64,000 bases of DNA from Tubulanus polymorphus (taxonomy: Eukaryota; Animalia; Nemertea), in assembly GCF_964204645.1 (NCBI RefSeq), contig NC_134027.1, forward strand, positions 2,946,485 through 3,010,484, written 5' to 3'. Under the pieces are notes generated by a model that saw only the letters and a list, made by a program, of their open reading frames with translations, was not told the DNA's origin and searched no databases. The translations under genes were made by a program, and so were the position numbers. Below, piece after piece: positions 11,742 to 26,641 of the stretch (position 1 is the first letter of the stretch; every line of letters begins with the position of its first letter).

Positions 11742-12966
11742 CGTAGACTTTCATGTTGACTCTGTATTTTTGATAACGCAAATGAAATTGTGTCAAAAAT
11801 CATGTTTCAAGTAAAATCGTATGTAGAGCACATGAGTAAACATAAAATAATAAAAATCATCATAGTACAGATAAAGAAATCGACCTACTGGCATACACTT
11901 TTATTTTAAGCATGGTAATATTTTCAAGTACTGAAGGAACCTACAATAATACGATAGCACAACCCTCCCTTCCCCCCTGGGTGGGAACTAGTAAATAACT
12001 AAATAGCTGCAAGGTGCTGTTTATAATATTACACAAATGAGGGTTGAGGTATACTAGTTAGCTGACTAGTTTACACCACTCTAATTGAGGACTGCAGTGT
12101 AACGAGTTTCTCCTGAGTACGAGATAATTAACCTTAGTGCAGTAGTATCCGACTTTCTCAAACTAACAATGACGTAGTTATTATTCAAAGCATTCGCCGA
12201 GTTTAAACGCATTAATGACGACGATGAGACGTATAAACCTCAGCGCACCGCCGCCGACTATCAGCTTCAATCAACTAGAATCAATGCTAGGGACGTTTCA
12301 CAGTCGCTAGCTATTACTGATACAGTGAGAAAATTACGCATAAAAAACATATCTGAAAGTTGATAACAGTTGCAGCTAATGGCGACTGAATAAAAACAGA
12401 TCTGAAACGCTCAGATCGTTATCAAAGATATATTATGGATAATTTGTACCGAATCAAAGCACCAGTATAGCGTCAACTGATCTATATCAGTATATCACCA
12501 TATGATTCACTAACATCTCTTCAACATCATAAACAGCCTCTGATGTTCTGTCTTTTTTTATGCGACCTTGGAAAAGATTTTATTCATAAAACGTTATTCA
12601 ATTCCTTCAGATAATTTCTAGCCTCCTAAACTCCGTAAATATAGCAGGCCTACAACTTCATTACCGCTGAGAAGTGAAGACCATCCCGAATATATTGAAT
12701 GAACACCTAAAATAAACTCAATAATTCAATACTCTCTCGAACTTACAACATTCCCTCAAGTGATAATAGAAGCATTTACACCGAGTGAGTTTCAAATACC
12801 TTCTACCACTAGACAACTAGTAAGTAACAGTCTAACTGTCGATCGATCTACGCAAAATTCTCCAAAGTATTGAATAGAATTGAAATAAACAATAATACGA
12901 ATAAACACTGGTGCTAGAGACAACAATTTCATATAGAAATTATCAGAACATGCTCAGTATACTAAC

Positions 12967-13099
12967 CATTTTCTTTAGGAGCCGTCCCATTTTCGTCTAC
13001 CGTTAAATGTTCGGCTAATTCTGACAAACTTTCATCTAGATGTCGATTACTTCGTAACGTTAATGACAGCCTACGTTTGAACTTCTTCATCACGCTCAT
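12967..13099 (-). CDS. CDK17: First coding exon of PCTAIRE cyclin-dependent kinase (CDK16/17/18 family); the gene continues leftwards
   Basis: Minus-strand translation MSVMKKFKRRLSLTLRSNRHLDESLSELAEHLTVDENGTAPKEN closely matches the vertebrate CDK17 N-terminus (MKKFKRRLSLTLRGSQTIDESLSELAEQMTIEEN). Acceptor TTGCAG at 13253, donor GTTAGT at 12966. No kinase-domain exon found in 1-12966. Confidence 0.9.
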
Positions 13100-13559
13100 C
13101 GCTGCTGTTTGATATCAGATCTATGATTGTATGTCGTGTCTTTCTGTCTGTCTGTCGTCGGTTATGCTTCACTAATCCACGCGTACACTCCGTCTCTGTG
13201 AACAGGAGTGTTATCGGTCCGAACACATTATATATTCCATCTATGATTAATCCTGCAATGATGAAAGCAAAATAAGAAATCATTTTAATCCATAATCCAC
13301 GACCGGACTTCATTAGAGATGTACGACTAAACAGGGTGTATAGTGTACAGTGAGCTTGGGTTTTACACAGTTCAAATATCTAAATGTGTATCTTATCATT
13401 ATCTGCAGAATACTATATTCAAGTGACGGACAAGTAATGATAAGTACGATAAGTAAGAGATGGGTCATTTGTCATGGACTCATCGTAAAAGAGACAATAT
13501 CTTATACATACACCATCATTGAACATTGAGGTAACACATAAGGACTTATAAAAGACCAC

Positions 13560-13830
13560 ACATCTTTGGATGGATTCAGGGAAAATGTAACGTGATAATC
13601 AATGGTGGTAGAATGTCTTGTGAAGAGACACCAGCGCTTGGCTGAACACTCGAACTCGATGAAGAAGTGTCACTGCCAACTGAATTTTTCTCACTCGTAT
13701 CTGAAGACAGATCTCTCTCACTGGAGACAGCTTTTCTATTGTCTTTCTATGGGTTGAATCTAATCCATGGATTGAATGATCAATCACGCAGAGACAGGTA
13801 AAACTAACTCCTCGTGACTCTCGACTCACA
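13560..13830 (-). mobile_element. Possible degenerate Penelope-like (GIY-YIG C-terminal) fragment
   Basis: Minus translation LCVIDH...RKTIE loosely resembles the VID...RKxRE end of Penelope endonucleases. Weak. Confidence 0.2.
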
Positions 13831-16286
13831 TCCTAACGGTTGTTTGAAGAAATGTTACAGCGCGATAAATATCGACGCAATGTCTACGACGTTTTAGAGA
13901 GGTTTTCGAGTCGTATGATCCGCGATTGAAGGGTTAAGTTAGATGTGAGTATGCTACTCTATTTGCGTTCCAATCATCAATATAATCTCATAGAGATTGA
14001 ATGAACATATCCACAGGCAACCCATACAAAATTAAACCATAGCCATCTGAGAAATGCTACACTGTTATTCGTTCATTCTCACGCAATCAATAATTAAGCG
14101 TAAAGGTCGACGTAAGCAAAAACTATTCCTCCTCTAATTACAAGTAGAAACACATTCAAAATTACTTTTCACCTTCAAGCATGAAATAAAAAATGAAGTA
14201 AAATATCAGCTGTTCTTGCTACTTTATCCATAAATCATGCATTGTTAAGTGAAAAATTGAGCGCCTAAAATAGCGCAGAATCTACAACAGGAATATTCAC
14301 TTTAATAAATAATACCGGTAGTAAAAGTGGTGGGATCAAAGACAAAGACATAAATAGCAAAAACAGCTGCGCCAACTATCAAAGCGAATTCAGAAATATT
14401 TTTTATCAATTCCTATATATAGCAAGGAGGCTCTACTCCATCCAACATGTCGATCGCTTCATCATCAAAGTATAACACGCATAGCTTTGAGACACACACA
14501 CACACACCAGTGAGAGAGGTATCACACAATATACCGCCTGGTGATAATTCATCTTCCTCTTACACCGGATATCTTGGCTACGCTACACGCAGTCTCTGTC
14601 ATTTCCCTTCATACCATTTTTACTCGCAAAATCAAAAGAACCGAAGCGGGAGCTCAGTTAACCCTTTCAAAGCCACATACATTAACATGAATCCCTATCG
14701 AGGAAATTCGTATCTCAGGTTTAAAAAAATTACGATCTATAAATCGAAAAATGTACACGTTTGGGCAATACGACAATTTGAGTATCATCTGGTGACGCGA
14801 GATAGAATTATGAATAACGCGTGGTTGAAATGGTTGCGCTGAAATCTTATTATCAATGGTTCAAACAGCTGTGATATATAAATAAATCACAACCAGATTA
14901 ATATGTCGCAATAAAAACTTTACCGCACAGTCGCCACTGCGTCTTAGCGCATATCAATTTGATATAACCTATTTAAAGGACAAAGAAAAAGAATAAGAAG
15001 TACATTGAGGTAGACAAAATGAAATCATTTTTACAGAAAAAAAGTCTGTAACTTTTTGTGGGGGTGTGGGTAAAATTTTGAAAATATTGATGCATTTAGT
15101 TAGACTTGCATTCGTAGAGTATTTTAACAATAGCCCAAAATTGTTTGGTGAGCAAAAATAGGGTTAGGGCAAGTGACAGGTATCCGCTGTTTTTGAAATA
15201 TTTCCATCGATTTCAGTATTAACTATTATCATTGAATCACCTGTCTGATCAAGAATCTCAAAGGCCCAGTTTGGAAAAGGTCATGATGGCAAAGCCAGCA
15301 GAGTGTAAATCATGCGTTAATTAAAGATGTGAGCAATAAGTCAATAAACACCAATAGGATAAGAAGAATCAGTGATAATCACTGCAACCTACTCAATACC
15401 GGCTCACGCATGTTAAGTTTGATTCGGCGACTGAAACTGTTTAGGATCAAATGAATAAACAGAACCCACATCAAAGTAAAGAACTAGACAGCATGATTTT
15501 ATCCCGATAATCATAATCGCGATCTAAATTGCCGAAGACTTGTTTCATCTCTCCAGCCATTCAGCTGTCATAAGCAGTCAAGAAGAAGCAGGCATGTTCG
15601 ACTAATTGAATTTTCTGGTTGTTCCACCCACCATTAACCTAATCAATAGTGAAAAAGTCGTAATATGCAATCTTGCAATATCACCTGCTCCCCACCATGT
15701 CCGGGTACACGACAAGTCAATACTGTACCTATCTCCACCAGTCCACAAGCTTAGCCTGATCCCAAAGAAAAAACATACACATTAAATCTATCATTCTAAT
15801 TAAAGAATAAAATTGCCAACGAAAAAAAACCATTTACCATAGAAGTAGATTTGTATTAAATTAAAAATTTTGGGCTGCTACTTACACATACAGGATAACG
15901 ATACATTTTTGGCACCATTTAAACTTTAATTGGAATCATTTAATCACTTACGCTATGTAGATTAATTTGAATCCTGCCTCTTACTGTAACCAGCAGTGCA
16001 ATATAGTCCAAATATACTGTTAAAACATAGAAAAGGATCAGTAAATAAGAGGATTTCCAGCGAATTTTCAGAAATGTCAAAACCGCACAACTTCCTGGTA
16101 TGGCTATGTAACGGAAATGGGCGTCGGAGCTGAAGCTCCCGCACCGGACTACAATCTAATTCAATTCACTATATTCGAAAACGATTCGTACTGTAGTCCG
16201 TGCAGTTCCGTGTGTTTATTTCCTGGTTTTATATATTTTGATTTCTTCAGTTTAGTTTTCTGAGTCGGCATTGAGAAAACAGCAAG

Positions 16287-18291
16287 ATGCCAACAAAACT
16301 CAGTTCTAAGGCTATTGTTGGTATGGCCATGGTGTTTATGGGTTGTTGCACCAACGTCGTTTTCTTGGAGTTTTTAGTGAAGTAAGTGCTCGTCATCAAA
16401 TACTCATCAAATACTCAATCAAATTCAAATGTACTGTATTATGTATATCAGGACGAAATAGATGTCAAAATTATCGATGAAATATGGTCTTGTTTCAGAA
16501 AATTCCCAGGTAGTGGAAATATCGTCACTTTTTTCCAGTTTCTGTTCATAGCAGTTGAAGGTTTTATCTTCAGCGTAGATTTCGGAAGAAAACAGAGAGC
16601 CATTCCATTGAAGTAAGTTAGAACTCGTTTCAAAATTTAATCGCTAAAATCACCTCATCTTTTACAAAAAATTTTTCCCTTATTTTTAGGGAGTATTTAA
16701 AGATGGTGTCACTGTTTTGGGTCGTTCAAGTTGTCAACAACTATGCATTGAATTTTAATATATCGATGCCATTACATATGATCTTCAGAGCGGTAAAGAC
16801 TTGAAATCTATTATTTATGAAAAAAAACCTTAGTACTAGTTTTGACCTTATTTTATGCATTTTAGGGTAGTTTGATGGCTAATCTTATCCTGGGTGTTAT
16901 CTTACTGAAAAAGAGGTTAGTGCACTAATACGAATAATACAGTTTCAAATGGATTAAAAAATTATGAATTAGGTCGACTGCCAATGCATTCTGGCCCTAA
17001 TAAGACTTCTATCAGGTATGTACTACCAAAACTGACTGAGTTAGGCCACCCGGAATGCTCTCAAGTCGGGTTGAAATAAACATTAGAAACTTTTCATAGC
17101 AATTCCTTCAGTAATTACAAAATTGTTCCTTCACTCATTAGAAAATTGATTTTGCACCATCAAAACATCTTGAAAGTCCATTTTATTCATTTTTAGCTCG
17201 TTTTGAATTTTTTCAGCTATCCTCTTATGAAATATCTATCTGTACTGATGATCAGTATTGGTATTAGTATTTGCACGATTGTCTCATCAAAAAATGTGGT
17301 GAGTATGAAATTGATACATTGCAGTGTCGGAAGAGAATCTTATACACTTCGATGATTTCATTTGAATTATTTCAGCATCATGACGAAGATAGTTCGGAGG
17401 ATGGAAACTTTAATGAATACATGCGATGGCTCATTGGTATGAGTAATTTATTTCAAATTCTATTCAGTTGAATTCCTGTGCAGTCATTTCATTCGTAAAA
17501 TATTATTTTATACTCTAGGAATCGGTATGCTGTTATTTGCATTGTTTATGTCGGCGCGTATGGGTATCTTTCAAGAGTGTATATATAAAGCTCATGGAAA
17601 GCATCCAAATGAAGCGTTGTTCTACAATGTAGGTTTGCCATTTTACATTATATTGTCAACCAGTGCAAAGATCTGCCTGGAATAATAATACAATGTTTAT
17701 ATTATATTTTCAGCATGCTCTTCCTCTTCCAATTTTCATATTTCTTGCACCTGATATTAAACATCATATCGAACTTTACAATACCTCAGGTAAATTTCTA
17801 AATCCATACAAACTGATATTTGAACTTGTTGATATTTCAAGTAACAAATGTACATGGATATGTTTTATGTTACAGAACCTGTTGATATTCTCGGCTTCGT
17901 GATACCAATCATGTGGCTTTATCTGATTGGCAATGTAATTACTCAGTATCCTTTCTGCATGAAAAAAGTGCTTAATATTTTTGAAATGAAGCCTTGACTT
18001 GTACTGAATGATGCAATCTTTTTAAATTCCTTAATTTGTTCTTCTAGATACATTTGTATAAAAGGTGTATTTATTCTGACAACAGAATGCGAGTCTCTCA
18101 TTGTTACTTTGGTTGTTACATTGAGAAAATTCACTAGCCTCATCTTCTCAATCATCTATTTCCAAAACCCATTCACTATCTACCACTGGATCGGTACTGC
18201 TCTAGTATTTGGTGGTACCCTGATATTCACAGAAACGTTTACCAAGATAAGAGATGCATTTATACCACCAAAACGCAAGAAGGCAGATTAA
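16287..18291 (+). CDS. SLC35B4: Nucleotide-sugar (UDP-xylose/UDP-GlcNAc) transporter SLC35B4, about 10 exons
   Basis: Spliced peptides VFMGCCTNVVFLEFLVK, PGSGNIVTFFQFLFIAVEG, NNYALNFNISMPLHMIFRAGSL, LFMSARMGIFQE, HPNEALFYNHALPLP, TQYICIKGVF, LVVTLRKFTSLIFSIIYFQNPFT; basic C-terminus KRKKAD. Confidence 0.95.
17946..18047 (+). other. U12-type (minor spliceosome) GT-AG intron in SLC35B4
   Basis: 5' splice site GTATCCTTT, branch point TTCCTTAAT at 18027-18035 about 12 nt from the AG. Removal restores the TQYICIKG frame. Confidence 0.88.
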
Positions 18292-19322
18292 TGTGGCAGC
18301 TAATTTACAAAGATCCAGCTGATTATCTTGCTACGTGAAATTTTGATTAGGCTTTTGTTTGTTTAAATGTGATAAACGTGTTATTTTTACAAACCATATT
18401 AGCTGTAATGTAGGATTGTTTTTAATCTGTTATATCGATCAGAATTATATTGTATTATGCTTTCCTTGTCTTATAGTTTAATCGTCTCATAGTTTCTATG
18501 TATAACTATTACTAAATTCGTGTATTGTGTATTTTGAAGACAAAATATAGAATTTTATCTTATCAGAAGTTTTTGTGTCACTTTTGTTTTACTCAGTCGA
18601 TTTAGTGCTTCAGCTTGATCAATTAATTGATTTCATTGTTACCAAAGAAGTTTTGCACGGATATTAACTGTATAAATCGGGTACAATAACTTTTACAATA
18701 TGTCGTTCTAAGTTGAGGAATTTACATGGTTGTTTATCGGTGCAAGTTACATGTCATATGAATAAATCGAAAATCCGGGAGTCCAGATCTTAGTCCGTAC
18801 TTGTTCCGATCGTGACTAGCACATCGGGTTCAATCGATATAGCAGTAAACAAAAAGTCACTCGTCGCTGAGCTATCTGCTGAACAGTACTGCGTAAGTAT
18901 ATGACGGCGAGCCGTGTGATATTTTTAACATACATGAATACAATATCCGAATAGTTTGGGTTAGTTACTTCGTTATTGGGCTCAGAAGGAATTACCGTGG
19001 GAAGATGGGTGCATATTCAATCAAAACTTGCATATCATTGGCACGTTATGTTATTCGATATGTTCGCTGAGGGCGGGACTGGGTTATTAGTTCGGCAATA
19101 AAAGTCGATTACATTGGAATGCACCTGCCTGAGATGAGTTTCAGATAAAACTGATTAATTTCGCTTTCACGCCATTGAGACAATACAGGCCGCAGCTGTG
19201 CAGGTGCATCTGAGTAGCCAAATGTAATTCTATATACGACTAAACACATGAACTCATTTTGAAAAGTCCATCCACGATCGTAACTGTACGAAAATGTTTT
19301 TTTCTAGGCAATCAATAATACC

Positions 19323-19694
19323 ATGGCGGTGAAAATTTCGGGACAAATAAAGTTCGCTGGAGGTGAACCGGAGTCCTTTCCCAGTGGCTCGTTTATGACC
19401 GTTAAATGTGAAGATACATCTCTGATGGACGTAGCGGCCGTATTACTTAAACACTGCACAATTGACGTGTCTGATTACAAGAAAGGGAAACCATTGACGT
19501 ATGAGATGCAAGTCGATCCCCCAGCCGATCCCCGACCAGAGATTACAATGTCGTGTGTGATAAATGTCGGTTGGAAGGCCCAGGGACATGAGTGGATTCG
19601 CAGAGGAGATTACCTAAACGATACGTCACATCCGATACAGTTCCACGCCACTGACCCAGTCATTAGACATATTGAAGTGATTCATTATAAATAA
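19323..19694 (+). CDS. Single-exon 123-aa protein with a YbaY/YscW (pilotin-like lipoprotein) domain, no signal peptide
   Basis: Clean ATG-to-stop ORF with an acceptor TTTTTTCTAG just upstream (5' UTR intron). Motifs ISG-x-I...P...TV-x-x-ED-x-SL-x-D...P-L-x-Y...S-x-x-I-x-V...NDT-x-x-P follow the order of E. coli YbaY as I recall it (VSGTV..LP..TVTLSDASLADA..PFSF..SAAITV..ITDT). Confidence 0.75.
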   Translation: MAVKISGQIKFAGGEPESFPSGSFMTVKCEDTSLMDVAAVLLKHCTIDVSDYKKGKPLTYEMQVDPPADPRPEITMSCVINVGWKAQGHEWIRRGDYLNDTSHPIQFHATDPVIRHIEVIHYK

Positions 19695-20374
19695 GATATT
19701 TTCAAACTTTGTAATCAAATATATAAAGACGAACAGTTCTGTTAATTTTTTTCGAATTATTCATGTTATTGATCTGCGGACCCGACGAGCTTGGTGACAT
19801 TTTGAGTAGGCCTCTTGGCGGCTGTTTGGCAAAGATTAGTTTATTTATTTTGCGGCCCCTGGATGAGCCCCGCGGCTTAAAAGCTTCACTGGTGACACTC
19901 CCACATTGGCTACGTGAACGGTACGAATCTATGGCCCAGGCGTTTTCCAACCGGGAGGACGCAATGCCTGGAGGCACCACGGCTGAACCTCAGTCGCGCC
20001 GGGCCTGGCGGCTGCCCGGTCGACAACCAGTCCTCGCCACATCATAGTGGTTGTTTGGTTGTAGAATCTATAATCATATACTATGGTGGTCCTTTTCGAA
20101 TATATAGGCTGTATTTGATTTTGGAATCGAGTTCTAAAGTGATTGAGTTGGCAGAACTGGTAATGCCCGGAGAGCCGCGCTGGGTTTGCTCAAATTGGTC
20201 TTTCTGATTAAGATCCGGCCCTACGTCCGTTTATGAATGTCCGCAAAATAGTGTTTGTAAAATTAATTTAACGCTAAGTTCTCCACACCGGCGTGAATTC
20301 ATTGATAACTATTTACGTAAATCGAGGTTTTGTAATGTTTTTCTGGATGGTTTAAAGCAATTAGCGCGTTAACG

Positions 20375-25396
<5,022 letters not shown>

Positions 25397-26641
25397 TGTT
25401 GATTATTCTCGTATTCTTAGGCAAGACAGAGAACTAGAATGAACAGTGCTGGTAGATGTTTCACAATGCTGCTGTTTATAATGTAAACTATCTGACTTCA
25501 GTTCCATCATATAAAATACATCAAACGTCATCCGTAGCTCGATACAGGATCAATTTACATTTAGAGACTGAAATATTTGTATGAGAGTCTATGGACTATG
25601 CACTGAACAGTGTACCAGGTTTTTAATTCTACATTACTTTGCATTAGTAGCATCATGAATTGAAAGGGTTTGATTTGAATGGTTGAATATAACTTAATTA
25701 ATTATAAATAACTTATATTGACATCAGTCAAATAAAGTTTGTACATTAACCATAAGTTTGTTTTGCTTCTTGATTTGAGGAAACATAAAACACTGGACTG
25801 AAAACCTGGTTTGTAGCAAGTCTTTTTGACTAACAAGTTACGTGAAAGACTTTTGTCACGGCATTCGAAATTGTGACAAATGTAGCCAACTAAGTGTTGA
25901 TCAATGCATTGACATTGATAACTAATATGTCCTCGTACATGATTGATAAGTGAGATTAATCCGACACAACAATTTGAGACAAGTTTCTTCCGTAAAAAGG
26001 CTTGGTGTGTACGGGATCAGTCTTCATAGGTCATAATCGTTAGGCTTTGTCTTTGAAATGATGAGCAGTTACAGTTACATCATGAGCGCAACTCGCAAAA
26101 TTGTGCCACTTCTTCCAGACACTACTACTAACCATGGGAAAAGCTAGTACCTGCAATTTCAAATGCAAGTATACCTATCATTTAAGGGGGTGATGTGGAT
26201 TGATAGCAACTCGATAAAGCAACTACATGTAAACCTTACTTCATTGTTACATTTTTATTACAACAAGGTCACATAGATTCACAGCCACAAACATACAGAG
26301 CATCGCGAAAACATATTGATATAAATTGAAAGCAATTGATTTTGAAATTGCCTCAAATAGTGACACGATATATAAACGTACGGACTGTAAAGTGTTGCCT
26401 AGAAGAATGAAGGAACATATTCTCAGTTCCTAAGTTATTACTTTTATTCAATTTATAATTTGTAAAATTTTCCTCCATTATCGTCATAAGTTTATTCTTA
26501 TTGACAATAAATTAAAATTACCTAAACTGCCGACTCATTTCATGGTGAGGCAGATTAGTTGTATTGCTAAATAGTTACTCGTAATGAATGTGTCAACATA
26601 CGCACGAAGAATATTGCATGAAGATAAATTAAATATAGCGA

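Noticed and set aside
7790-11745. Direct repeats as an assembly duplication, or a DIRS/tyrosine-recombinase element with a 7-bp AAACGTA target
   Set aside because: PBS, purine tract, terminal inverted repeats, gag and the chromodomain tail fit an LTR element. AAACGTA does occur at both ends, but only the 4-bp CGTA reading gives symmetric termini and a 1-nt LTR-PBS gap. Some boundary ambiguity remains.
19770-20045. RNase MRP, RNase P, SRP or telomerase RNA
   Set aside because: GGGGCTCAT on the minus strand resembles the MRP 3' motif but the partner GAAAGTCCCC is absent. No RNase P or SRP core motifs and no CCCTAA template were found.
19702-20207. Overlapping ORFs of 92-97 aa
   Set aside because: Expected by chance in a GC-rich patch; no recognisable domain or splice structure.
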